The notes under the pieces: model-generated
The model's database searches: none
Told to the model about the DNA's origin: nothing
Seen by the model: only the letters and a program-made list of their open reading frames with translations
Part shown: in pieces, positions 1 to 9,183 of the stretch
How the letters are laid out: every line of letters starts with the position of its first letter
Position numbering within the stretch: position 1 is the first letter of the stretch
Program-made: the position numbers and the translations under genes
Source: Thermoplasmata archaeon
GTDB lineage: Archaea; Thermoplasmatota; Thermoplasmata; UBA10834; DTMW01
Assembly: GCA_038852105.1 (NCBI GenBank)
Contig: JAWCKK010000005.1
Span: 1,899 to 65,898 of the forward strand
DNA: 64,000 nt
Direction of reading: 5' to 3'

Positions 1-2
1 CA

Positions 3-2657
3 TTGGAGGATAAGGACAAGGGCGCGCATTACAGCCGCGGACTCGTCCTGATGGAGCTTCATCGATATGAGGAGGCTGCTGCCAGTTTTGGAAAAGTGAT
101 AAACCTGGATGGAAACGACACTGACGGAATGATGCAATTGGGGAACGCCCTCTTTAAGTTGGATAGACTCCAGGAAGCACTCGACTGCTTCTCAAAACTA
201 TCATCGATGAAGCCGAACGATTTCGCCCCGCTAATCAAGCAGGCCGAGGTCCTGCTCAAGATGGGCAGACCGAGGGACAGCATATCTCCACTCTCTGCGG
301 CGCTCAAGATATCTCCAGATTCACTGGCGGCACTGAGGCTGATGAAAGAGGCGAGCATGAAGCTTGGGGATAACGATCAGGTGGTGAAGATATGCAATGA
401 CATCCTCAGGCTCGATCCGAAGGATGCCGATACCCTGGTTGACAAGGGCAAGGCGAACATGAACCTAGAAAGATACAGGGACGCGGTGGCGAACTTCGAT
501 ATGGCCATCGATCTCCGTCCGGCCAGCATCGGCATCTACAAGCTGAAGGAGGCCGCGCTGATAGAGCTTGGGGACAATGAAGGGATAATCGCAGTTGGAG
601 AGAAAATCCTCGCGATGAGCCCCGGCGACAGACAGACGATGATAAATATCGCCCTCGCGCACGAGAGAATGGACAATTTCGAGGACGCTTTGAAAGTATA
701 CGACACGATTCTGCTGTCGAATCCGAACGACGCAGAGATAGCCAACCGAAAGGGAGAGATATTGCTCGTGATGGATAGACCGGCTCAGGCGGCTGAGGCA
801 TTTGCGAATGCGCTGAGCACCTCTCCGAAGAGCCCTGTCCTCTTGAACAATCTCGGAAAGGCGATGATGAAGCTGAGGAGGACCGACGAGGCTCTAAGGT
901 ATTTCAGAGAAGCGATAGGCATCAATCCGAAGGAGGCGGAGTACCGCGTGAACGAGGGCAGGGCCCTTGCAGCCGAGGAGAGGCTCGAGGAGGCCATGCA
1001 GTCCTTCGAGACCGCATTGTTGCTCAAGCCAGGAGATTATCAAGCATTGAAATACAAGGGCAACCTGCTGCTGAGAATGGGGAAAGCGTCCGATGCTTTG
1101 AAAAGCTTCGAGAAGGCATTGGAATCGTCAAAGGGCGATAAGGATCTATTCAGGAATATGGGGAAGGCATCGGAACTCCTTGGAAGGACCCGCGAAGCGA
1201 TTGCCCACTATGGACAATGCCTCGACGAGGACCCCTCGGACAAGGCGGTATGGACGAGGATGGGGCAACTGCGCGCGTCCTTGGGCGAGCACAAGGAGGC
1301 GATCGATTGCTTCGACAAGGTCATAAGCATGGGCTCAGAGGATCCCACAGCATGGCTGAGCAAGGGGATGTCTCTCGAGGCAATGGGGAAGCTCGAAGAG
1401 GCAGTCCAGGCATACGACCAGGCTATCGGCATAGATGCGAACATCGCCGAAATCTGGGAGAAGAAGGGCTCGGCTCTGCTGAAATTGTACAAGCCGGAGC
1501 AGGCCTTGAGAGCCTTCGAGCACGCAACTGCGCTAAATCCTTCAAGCGAAGGCGCGAAGAAGGGGTTGCAGGAGTCGGAGAAGCTCGTCAGGGAGCTGAA
1601 GATCGAAGATTACGCGAGAGCGGTGCTGGATTTCGAATATGCCCATAGGAGACCCGTGACGAAGGAGGAGGCGTTCAGGATAGCCGGCATCCCGTATGCC
1701 TTCCTCGATGACGTCCTTGCATATATCCAGGCTAGAGTTGATGTAAACATATCGGAACTCACGCCCGATGAAATCAACGCGTTCGAAGAGGCGTCGAGAG
1801 AGATACTGCTGAGAGCCTACGACGAAGGCAGTCTTGAGACCCACGGACTCAGTCTGGCAGACATAATCCGGAACTTTCCGGATTACAAGATTTCGACCGC
1901 GAAAAAAATACTCGCTTACATCCAAACGGTAAGCGATATGACGTTCTCAGATAAGAAATCCGGCGATCCTGAGACCGAGCACCTCTTGAGAGCCGCGCTG
2001 GATCTTCCGGACACGGAAAAGAACGTCCTCGGGATAATGCGCAACCTGAACTTGGGGGTCATGAAGGCCAGGCGACTCGTGACTATTCTGCAGACGTTCA
2101 GGGGCGGAGGATATGAGACCCCGACATTGAGCCTCCGAAAAATAGTGACCGAGGGGTTCGGAGGCGAGAGAATCTCGACAACGGAAAGGGTCGGGTATGC
2201 CCCCGAGGTTAGAAGGCGGGAGACGGAGGTATCCGAAGAACCGGAGGAGATTGTCAAACCTGCAAGAAAGGAGATCGGCGGCAGGGAAAGAATCGAAGAG
2301 GAACTGGAAACGGTTGCTCCTTCGAGACGCAGAAAAGAGGAGGTCGAGAGGACTCATCGAGGTCATCCGGCGGAGAAGGGCGTGAGCAGAGGGACAGGGC
2401 TGGACCGCGATACTTCCTCGATAGAAGGCAGAAGATGCCTGTTCCACGGAGGCATCGCCATCGGGCGATGCATGAGCTGCAAGGCAATCTTGTGCAAGGA
2501 GTGCATCAGAGGCGTGTCCAACTGCCCGCGCTGCGGTTCACCGCTTTCAGAAACCGCATCGGCTGAAGAGGAGGCTCGAGAGGAAAAGAGACCGAAAGAA
2601 CCGCCAGAGAAAACGAAAGAGCGCGAGGAGAAACAGCGCGATTTTTCGAGATTGTGA
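3..2657 (+). CDS. TPR-repeat protein with a C-terminal zinc ribbon; the N-terminus probably lies beyond the window edge
   Basis: More than 15 consecutive 34-aa TPR-like units with the A/L/Y-rich helical pattern (e.g. ALFKLDRLQEALDCFSKL, AEVLLKMGRP). The C-terminus carries CMSCKAILCKECIRGVSNCPRCGSP, a CxxC..CxxC zinc ribbon, after a highly charged RE/K-rich linker. The ORF begins at window position 3 with a TTG, so the 5' end is probably truncated by the window. Confidence 0.8.
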   Translation: MEDKDKGAHYSRGLVLMELHRYEEAAASFGKVINLDGNDTDGMMQLGNALFKLDRLQEALDCFSKLSSMKPNDFAPLIKQAEVLLKMGRPRDSISPLSAALKISPDSLAALRLMKEASMKLGDNDQVVKICNDILRLDPKDADTLVDKGKANMNLERYRDAVANFDMAIDLRPASIGIYKLKEAALIELGDNEGIIAVGEKILAMSPGDRQTMINIALAHERMDNFEDALKVYDTILLSNPNDAEIANRKGEILLVMDRPAQAAEAFANALSTSPKSPVLLNNLGKAMMKLRRTDEALRYFREAIGINPKEAEYRVNEGRALAAEERLEEAMQSFETALLLKPGDYQALKYKGNLLLRMGKASDALKSFEKALESSKGDKDLFRNMGKASELLGRTREAIAHYGQCLDEDPSDKAVWTRMGQLRASLGEHKEAIDCFDKVISMGSEDPTAWLSKGMSLEAMGKLEEAVQAYDQAIGIDANIAEIWEKKGSALLKLYKPEQALRAFEHATALNPSSEGAKKGLQESEKLVRELKIEDYARAVLDFEYAHRRPVTKEEAFRIAGIPYAFLDDVLAYIQARVDVNISELTPDEINAFEEASREILLRAYDEGSLETHGLSLADIIRNFPDYKISTAKKILAYIQTVSDMTFSDKKSGDPETEHLLRAALDLPDTEKNVLGIMRNLNLGVMKARRLVTILQTFRGGGYETPTLSLRKIVTEGFGGERISTTERVGYAPEVRRRETEVSEEPEEIVKPARKEIGGRERIEEELETVAPSRRRKEEVERTHRGHPAEKGVSRGTGLDRDTSSIEGRRCLFHGGIAIGRCMSCKAILCKECIRGVSNCPRCGSPLSETASAEEEAREEKRPKEPPEKTKEREEKQRDFSRL

Positions 2658-2667
2658 GATTATCGTC

Positions 2668-3972
2668 TCAATAGCTCAGAAGCGGGGCTTTCATGTATTC
2701 TCTGAGCAGCGAGGTCGCATAGCAGCCCTTGTTGAGCTCAAACGTGAATAGCTCGCCGAACTCAACACTGGAACGGACAAAACCTCTGATTTTCGAAAGC
2801 AGCTCACGGCGCATGCCGCGCGAGGATGCCTGAATGATGTCAGGAACGATGAAATCCTCCGATTCCAGCTTCTCGGTCTTTATGACTTGATGTTCTATCT
2901 CGCCCATTTCTCCGTCGGCGATGATGGGATTGGAACCGAACAGGGATCCGCTCACAAAGCCCTTTCCGGCCGCAATCTGCTCGTTGACCGTCCGGATATT
3001 GTCGCGCGTTACTTGGATGTATCTCCTGTGATCGGGCAAGCCGTGCTTGTCGAGCGGCAGCACGATGTCTCCCTCAACGGCAGAGTTCAGCGGGAGACCT
3101 CTCTCGATCCGCATGCTCAATATCCTGTTGAAGAGATAGGATTGGTAGGCATGAACGAACATCATGACGAGATTCCTCGGCAGCATCTTCAACGCGCCCG
3201 AGAAGTCGTCCGGCCTGCGCGAAAGATGCCCGAGAAGCATCCTCTCGAAGGTCATCTCTTTTGGGAAAATCGATAGGGCTTTCTTGAAGTCCCTGGTCTC
3301 GTTTACGAACTTCCTAGCTTTCTGAAAATCGGGGCTCTCATATTCTGTCTCATATGCGAGATAGAGCATAGCCGCCTCCTCGAAATCACCGCGTATCATC
3401 GCCCTGCCTATCGCGTGAGTCACAGGGCGCGTGACTCCGAACCTCTGGATTCCGAAGAAGTTTGGAAATCCGCCGAGCGATCGCAGGGCCTCATCGATCA
3501 ACCTCATTCGATTCTCCTTGTCCTCTCTCACGACATCCCTGATGACGATTCTGAACCTGTTGCCCAACAGGTTTCCGAGCTTGATAGGGGTGTTAGTTCT
3601 ATACATGCTCAGGAATTCGACATCGGGTATCTGAACGGTGGCCAACGCTTCCAGGGGAACCCGAAATGTCATGAGCTGGGTCGCCACAGACCGCTTGTCC
3701 TTCGTGCCCGCAAATGATACCGAGTTTCTGCTGATGCGAAGGTTCGTGCTCAGGCGTCTCACCAGGCGGTTCATCTCCCAATTCCGGTGCCTGACGACTG
3801 CGGCAGAAAGCTCTCCCTCCGGGTTTTCTGGCGGAAAAAGGCTTATCTCCTCGACTATGAAATCCTCGGGGACCGCCTTCAATCTGCCACCTATCCCGGG
3901 GACATCCTTCGTCCAGTATACCGAGATGCCTATTTCCTCCTCCGGTATTTTCATAATTGGCGGCCTCGCCAT
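2668..3972 (-). CDS. truD: tRNA pseudouridine synthase TruD/Pus7 family
   Basis: FAGTKDKRSVATQ matches the TruD catalytic-Asp GTKDK signature and the length (about 430 aa) fits archaeal TruD. I set the start at the internal Met (MARPPIMKIPEEE) to remove the overlap with the downstream rpoL-like ORF; the ORF-track start is 4056. Confidence 0.7.
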   Translation of the reverse strand: MARPPIMKIPEEEIGISVYWTKDVPGIGGRLKAVPEDFIVEEISLFPPENPEGELSAAVVRHRNWEMNRLVRRLSTNLRISRNSVSFAGTKDKRSVATQLMTFRVPLEALATVQIPDVEFLSMYRTNTPIKLGNLLGNRFRIVIRDVVREDKENRMRLIDEALRSLGGFPNFFGIQRFGVTRPVTHAIGRAMIRGDFEEAAMLYLAYETEYESPDFQKARKFVNETRDFKKALSIFPKEMTFERMLLGHLSRRPDDFSGALKMLPRNLVMMFVHAYQSYLFNRILSMRIERGLPLNSAVEGDIVLPLDKHGLPDHRRYIQVTRDNIRTVNEQIAAGKGFVSGSLFGSNPIIADGEMGEIEHQVIKTEKLESEDFIVPDIIQASSRGMRRELLSKIRGFVRSSVEFGELFTFELNKGCYATSLLREYMKAPLLSY

Positions 3973-3997
3973 GAAAGGGGATGAAAGAGTCTTTGGG

Positions 3998-4273
3998 CTA
4001 CCCCAGCTTCTTCTCGACGAGCTCCCTCGCAGTCGAGAATTCCGATGCGAGAGCACGGGCAGCCTTTTTTATCGCCGACTGAGGCTTGCCGTCCTTGACC
4101 TTCACGGTCAGCACCGGGTTGTCTAGCTTGGGATGACCAGCCGAATAGGACGCATCCTCCACGTTTTCATCCTTTAGAAGCTGGTGTATCAACGGATAGA
4201 GCAGCGTGTCGTCGGCACCTATGAGTTCCAGCTGTATCAGGTCCTTCTGCTTTTTTAGAAGTTTGAGCTCCAT
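3998..4273 (-). CDS. rpoL: DNA-directed RNA polymerase subunit L (Rpo11)
   Basis: 91 aa. The pattern LELIGADDTLLYPLIHQLLKDENVEDASYSAGHPKLDNPVLTVKVKDGK resembles archaeal RpoL (E-x-E-G-E-D-H-T-L-x-N-x-L, then E-H-P-L). The stop codon is TAG. Confidence 0.55.
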   Translation of the reverse strand: MELKLLKKQKDLIQLELIGADDTLLYPLIHQLLKDENVEDASYSAGHPKLDNPVLTVKVKDGKPQSAIKKAARALASEFSTARELVEKKLG

Positions 4274-4399
4274 CGTACCGAGCCACCAATAGGGGATTCG
4301 TTTTTAATACTTTGCATGCGAAACGCGGATTCATCGCCAGCCGCACTTGCGCGTACCTCATCGCAATTTTGATTACATTCGACTCAGGTCATGTGACTC

Positions 4400-6727
4400 G
4401 TGTTCATCGAGCATCCGCTTCTGAGGAAGGACAGCGTCGAACATAGAGAGTTCCAGGTGAATATCGCGAAGGAGTGCCTGAGCGAGTCGACCCTCGTGGT
4501 TCTCCCCACAGGTCTGGGGAAGACCGTCGTCGCATTGCTTGTGATAGCGGATGTCCTGATGAAAAAGGGCGGAAGAATATTGTTCATGGCTCCGACGAAA
4601 CCCCTGGTGGACCAGCATGCGGCGTTCTTGCGGAAGAACCTTCTGATCGAGTCCGTTTCGACGTTTACTGGCGAGATGCCACCTGACAGAAGAGTAAATG
4701 ACTGGAAAAGCGCGAGGATTATCGTTTCGACCCCGCAGGTCGTCGAGAACGACATCGATTCTGGCACTGTTCCGCTCAAAGATTTCTCCTTGTTGATATT
4801 CGACGAAGCTCATAGAGCGGTGGGCGACTACTCGTACGTCAGGATAGGCGGCAGGTATACGGCAGAAAATGATGACCCGCTTGTGCTGGGGATGACCGCA
4901 TCGCCGGGGTACGACCTCGATAAAGTGGCCGAGGTTTGCAGGAACCTCGGGATATCGAACATTGCGGTGAGATCGGAGCTGGACGAGGATGTGGCGCCGT
5001 ACGTCTACGGAATCGCGATAGAGTTCGCGAAAGTGGATGTCCCCGAAGATGTCGACGAAATAACCGCGCTACTGCAGAAGATCTTGGACGAGAAGATACA
5101 GGCACTCAGGAAATACCATGTGCTGGACCCGAAGAAACCTCCGAACACCAGAGCGCTCCTGGAAGCGGGAAATGTTCTCAGGGCGAAAATAGCCAGCAAT
5201 AGGAAGAATTACCACCTGTACAGGGCGCTGACCATTCAGGCATGCGCGATAAAGGTCAATCACGCAATCGATCTCGCGAGGATGCAGGGCATAGAATCGC
5301 TCAAGAACTATATTGCGAGAATAGTCGAAGACGCGCAGACGAAGGGCGGGTCGAGAGCATCGAGAGATCTCGTGAAAGATGCGCGGTTCGAGATGGTCCG
5401 GAGAAAGCTGGATTCGGGAATTACAGAACATCCGAAACTGGACAAGGTCAAGGAAATAGTGCAGCAGGAAATCCGTCGGAACCCCAAAGCTCGCATAATC
5501 GTCTTCACCCATTACCGGGACACGAGCGAGCAGGTATGCAAGATGCTATCCGATCTGCCTGACATCATGCCTGTGAGGTTCGTCGGACAGGCGAAGAAGG
5601 GCGCGGATTCCGGCCTCAACCAGAAAGAACAGAAAGAGATTATCGAGCGATTCAAGAAGGGGGAGTTCAACGTCCTCGTTGCCACCTCCGTCGCGGAAGA
5701 GGGGCTTGATATACCGTCTACCGACCTCGTGGTGTTCTACGAACCGATACCATCCGAGATACGGACGATACAGAGGCGGGGCAGGACCGGAAGGCATCGG
5801 CCAGGAAGAGTCGTGGTGGTCCTTGCCAGACGAACGAAAGACGAGGCGTTCAACTACTCCAGCAAGAGAAAAGAGCAGAAGATGAGGCTGCAGCTCGAGA
5901 TGCTGAGCCGCAAGCTGAGGATAGCAAAGCAGATCGGCGCAGGGGAGACTCCCGGGATCGAGGAAATCATAGAGAGGATGCCCGAGGAGGCCGCAGCCGA
6001 GAGGAGGGCGCAGCGGATATCCAAGGACCAAACGCTGCTATCGGACTTCGGTGCGGTGGCATCGTCGGGCCTCGGGCTCCGCGCGAATGCCGATAGGAAC
6101 GAGGACGTCCTCCGGGAGCTGAAGAGCATCGGGATAGAATTCAATCGAAGGAAAGGACAGCTGGAGGATTTTGTGATAGGGGACGAGATCGCGATAATCA
6201 GGGAATCCGTCGACGACTTCCTCGCGGACATCGATAGGAGAAACATCCAGGCCAAGGTTTCGGCCCTGAGCAAGAGGTTCAAGAGGAACTTCATGATAGT
6301 CGAGGGGAAGGCCGTTAGAAAGGCCGAGATACCGGACAAGCTCCCGGTGTTTGACGTTCTTGTTTCCTTGATCAGGGACCTCGGAATACCCGTGGTTGCG
6401 ACATCGAACGCCTCCGACTCGGCAGCGTTCATCGCCTCTTTGGTGAAATCCGAGATGAGAAAAGGCAGCAAAGAAAAGACAGATTCGCCGGATCTCACGG
6501 AGTATCAGATGAGGATGATTCAAGGGCTGCCGAACGTCACCTCAATCCTTGCCGAACGATTGCTACAGAGGTTTGGCTCGGTCCGGGGAATTCTATGCGC
6601 ATCCGCCGAGGAGCTTATGCAGGTCGAAGGAATTGGCAGGGTGATAGCAGAAGGAATACGGAGAATAGCGACCGAGAAATTCTCGCAGAAGCAGATAGAT
6701 TCTACTGACTATACCCGGGCACAGTGA
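4400..6727 (+). CDS. hef: Hef-type helicase/nuclease (SF2 DEAH helicase + XPF/ERCC4-like domain + (HhH)2)
   Basis: Walker A LPTGLGKT and DEAH box IFDEAHRAVG are present, with helicase-C motifs (VATSVAEEGLDIP, QRRGRTGR). The C-terminal ERCC4-like region carries GDEIAIIRESVDD and MIVEGK, followed by tandem HhH (LPNVTSILAERLLQRFGSV, VEGIGRVIAEGIRR). The start is GTG. Confidence 0.75.
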   Translation: MFIEHPLLRKDSVEHREFQVNIAKECLSESTLVVLPTGLGKTVVALLVIADVLMKKGGRILFMAPTKPLVDQHAAFLRKNLLIESVSTFTGEMPPDRRVNDWKSARIIVSTPQVVENDIDSGTVPLKDFSLLIFDEAHRAVGDYSYVRIGGRYTAENDDPLVLGMTASPGYDLDKVAEVCRNLGISNIAVRSELDEDVAPYVYGIAIEFAKVDVPEDVDEITALLQKILDEKIQALRKYHVLDPKKPPNTRALLEAGNVLRAKIASNRKNYHLYRALTIQACAIKVNHAIDLARMQGIESLKNYIARIVEDAQTKGGSRASRDLVKDARFEMVRRKLDSGITEHPKLDKVKEIVQQEIRRNPKARIIVFTHYRDTSEQVCKMLSDLPDIMPVRFVGQAKKGADSGLNQKEQKEIIERFKKGEFNVLVATSVAEEGLDIPSTDLVVFYEPIPSEIRTIQRRGRTGRHRPGRVVVVLARRTKDEAFNYSSKRKEQKMRLQLEMLSRKLRIAKQIGAGETPGIEEIIERMPEEAAAERRAQRISKDQTLLSDFGAVASSGLGLRANADRNEDVLRELKSIGIEFNRRKGQLEDFVIGDEIAIIRESVDDFLADIDRRNIQAKVSALSKRFKRNFMIVEGKAVRKAEIPDKLPVFDVLVSLIRDLGIPVVATSNASDSAAFIASLVKSEMRKGSKEKTDSPDLTEYQMRMIQGLPNVTSILAERLLQRFGSVRGILCASAEELMQVEGIGRVIAEGIRRIATEKFSQKQIDSTDYTRAQ

Positions 6728-8057
6728 GGACGATCTTAGTTCCCTTGGAATAGTCGCCAGGAATGCGGTCCCCGATATCGAATCGGCCGCCCAGATGCCC
6801 GATTATGCGGATGACGAACGGAATCCCTGTGGCTATTGCCTTCGACAACCTCTCGACGTTGGCCGATGCTTCTGCGAGCAAGGCGTTTCTCAGCTGCGGG
6901 TTCATGCCGGGGCCATTATCCGTTATCTCTATCTTCCAGAGCGCCCGGTTCTCCGCCGTGCGCTCCTGGGATACGAGCACCGTTATTTCGACCCTCGGCT
7001 CAATCGAATATTTGATAGCATTGTCCAGTATCTCTTCGATGACTCCCTCGAGGAGATTCCCGCCGAGAACGAAAATCGGCTCGTCGTTCTGGTAACCATA
7101 TTCAATTTCAATATCTTTGTTCGGGTATCTTCTGAAAACTTCCGATTGCGCGACGAGGAGCAGCTCACGGAGATCGGTGCTCTCTATCTTGTCGATTGGC
7201 ATCGTCTCTGCGATTGCCAGATTTTTCACCCGCGAAATGAACTTCGCGGCGCGAAGCACGTAATCAACGACGACTCTGCCGTATTTCCTGTCATCGATCG
7301 GGACCCGCTCGTCGCTCGATATCATCTCGGCATATGTCATGATCGGTGTGAGGATGTTAGTGAGGTCGTGGCTCATAAAGTCCAGATATGTCTGTGCGCG
7401 CATCGTAGCCGATTCCGCCTGCCTAATCTTCTTCTCGAGCTCCTCGTTGAGACCCTTCAAATCGAACTCGGCCGCCATGCGTTTCCGATCCGCTTCGTAT
7501 TTATCGATCGAACGCGAGATGTTCGCCGTCACTCCTTCGAGAAGTGATACAACTTCCTTGCTGAATGCGCCCGTTCTCGAGGAGCCGAGGATTAGCGCTG
7601 CGAACGGCGTCCCATCCTTGCTGATGGGGAAGGATGCTATCGATTTCGCTCCGACCATCGCAAGAAATTCCTTCATCGGCTCCAACCGCGGCTCCTCGAG
7701 CGCGTTGTTCGAAACGAACGACTTCCCCGTCTTTACCGATGTGGCCGAGTGCCCTGCAGCAGCCATAGAAGAGAGCAATGATTTGAAATCGAACTCTGGA
7801 GGCATGCCCGCACTGGAAATATGGCGTATTTCTCCATCTGCTGTGTCGGCGATGCCCACCCATGCGAATTTGAAACTCCCATCACTGACCGCGACTTCAC
7901 AAACGCGGTCGAAAACCTCCTTCGGCTCATTGGCGCCAAGAATCGCCTCATTGAAATGCATCAGAGTGAGATATAGTCTGTTTGAGTCAGAAGGCTCATT
8001 CTTGGCACTCGTCTTGATGCCTTTAGTTCCTTTCTTCCGGGATTTTTTTCCAGTCAT
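6702..8057 (-). CDS. GAF-domain sensor histidine kinase
   Basis: N-terminal GAF-like region, an HisKA H-box (MSHDLTNILTPI) and an HATPase_c G-box (EITDNGPGM). It overlaps hef convergently by 26 nt. Confidence 0.8.
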   Translation of the reverse strand: MTGKKSRKKGTKGIKTSAKNEPSDSNRLYLTLMHFNEAILGANEPKEVFDRVCEVAVSDGSFKFAWVGIADTADGEIRHISSAGMPPEFDFKSLLSSMAAAGHSATSVKTGKSFVSNNALEEPRLEPMKEFLAMVGAKSIASFPISKDGTPFAALILGSSRTGAFSKEVVSLLEGVTANISRSIDKYEADRKRMAAEFDLKGLNEELEKKIRQAESATMRAQTYLDFMSHDLTNILTPIMTYAEMISSDERVPIDDRKYGRVVVDYVLRAAKFISRVKNLAIAETMPIDKIESTDLRELLLVAQSEVFRRYPNKDIEIEYGYQNDEPIFVLGGNLLEGVIEEILDNAIKYSIEPRVEITVLVSQERTAENRALWKIEITDNGPGMNPQLRNALLAEASANVERLSKAIATGIPFVIRIIGHLGGRFDIGDRIPGDYSKGTKIVLTVPGYSQ

Positions 8058-8234
8058 TCGAATTCTCCGTTCTATGCAATCTTGATGAGATCTTGCAACC
8101 TGCTATTTCGATGCGCGAGACTTCTTGCATCGCAACATCGTCACATCATTCTACTAAATTATCATAGTCTTCGGTGAGTTTATTCTTTTGTATATTAGAA
8201 TCTATTTCAAGGAATGAAGACAAATATTCGCGAG

Positions 8235-8310
8235 TGGGGTAGGTCGGATTTGAACCGACGACCTCGTGGTCCCGAACCACGAATCATGAACCAAACTAGA
8301 CCACTACCCC
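8235..8310 (-). tRNA. tRNA-Pro (anticodon CGG), 76 nt, CCA not encoded
   Basis: The reverse complement gives GGGGTAG / CTACCCC as a 7-bp acceptor stem. The anticodon stem is CGTGG/CCACG with loop TTCGGGA, giving U33, anticodon CGG and G37. The T-arm is GTCGG TTCAAAT CCGAC, the variable loop AGGTC and the discriminator A. The D-stem is weak (G-U, U-A, C-G, U-U) with an 11-nt D-loop containing GG. Confidence 0.75.
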
Positions 8311-8330
8311 TGAGACAGGGCCGCACTGTA

Positions 8331-8350
8331 ATCGAATAATCGTATTATAG
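8331..8350 (-). promoter_or_regulatory. Putative TATA/AT-rich promoter element for tRNA-Pro
   Basis: On the minus strand the sequence reads CTATAATACGATTATTC, about 25-40 nt upstream of the mature tRNA 5' end. The 3' side of the tRNA has a T-rich run (TATTTGTCTTCATT) typical of archaeal terminators. Confidence 0.3.
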
Positions 8351-8487
8351 CATTGCCCATCTTCGAGAACTGTTTCTAATAAAGTTGCATGATTCCGATC
8401 GCTCGCGCTGTTCATGCCAGGATCGACGATATTCATCGATATCGTCGATTGACGATTTAAATATTCGACAGACTTTTATACGCACAA

Positions 8488-9183
8488 GTGGTTCAGCCAG
8501 TCATGCGGGATCAGCTCAGAGAGAAGATGGCTGGCGAGATTGCGCTCTCGGAGGAGCCCGGCAAGACCATCAGGAAATGGAGGGAGCAATTCAAGGTCTC
8601 CCAGCAGGATCTTGCCCGACAGTTGAACGTGTCTCCTTCAGTTATCAGCGATTACGAGGCGGGAAGGAGGAAGTCGCCAGGAATTGCCACGGTGAAGCGA
8701 ATTGTCGATGCCCTCATCGATATAGACGAGACCACGGGCGGCCAGGTCATGAAGCAGTACACATTGGCCAACGTCTCGGAGGCGGTGATATCGATAAAGG
8801 AGTTTTCAGAGGATGTGCAGATGGGCACTTTTCTGAAGGCCATCGAAGGCGAGAACCTGACCCCGCAGGTGCAGATGGAAAGACACCTTCACGGATACAC
8901 GGTCATCGACAGCATCAAAGCGATAACGTCATTGGACTCGTTCGATTACTTGAAAATATACGGATGGAGCAGCCAGAGAGCGCTCATATTCACTGGGGTG
9001 AAGTTCGGTCGGTCTCCTATGATAGCAATCCGAGCTCACCCGCTAAAGCCGGCAATGGTCGTGTATCAGAAGCCGGAGAAGGTCGACGAGCTGGCTGTCA
9101 AATTGGCGGAAATAGAGAACATACCGCTTGCCAGAACGCAGCTCGAAGTTCCTATTATCATAGAACGATTGAACAAATTGTGA
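8488..9183 (+). CDS. HTH (XRE/Cro-C1 type) transcriptional regulator with a C-terminal domain of unknown function
   Basis: The N-terminal helix-turn-helix is IRKWREQFKVSQQDLARQLNVSPSVISDYEAGRR, followed by a conserved C-terminal domain of about 150 aa. The ATG at about 8503 is preceded by TTTTATA roughly 30 nt upstream. Confidence 0.6.
   Translation: MVQPVMRDQLREKMAGEIALSEEPGKTIRKWREQFKVSQQDLARQLNVSPSVISDYEAGRRKSPGIATVKRIVDALIDIDETTGGQVMKQYTLANVSEAVISIKEFSEDVQMGTFLKAIEGENLTPQVQMERHLHGYTVIDSIKAITSLDSFDYLKIYGWSSQRALIFTGVKFGRSPMIAIRAHPLKPAMVVYQKPEKVDELAVKLAEIENIPLARTQLEVPIIIERLNKL

Noticed and set aside
4400-6727. Whether the 775-aa helicase is Hel308 or Hjm rather than Hef
   Set aside because: The C-terminal ERCC4-like segment plus the tandem HhH, and the absence of the Hel308 winged-helix/ratchet domains, fit Hef better.
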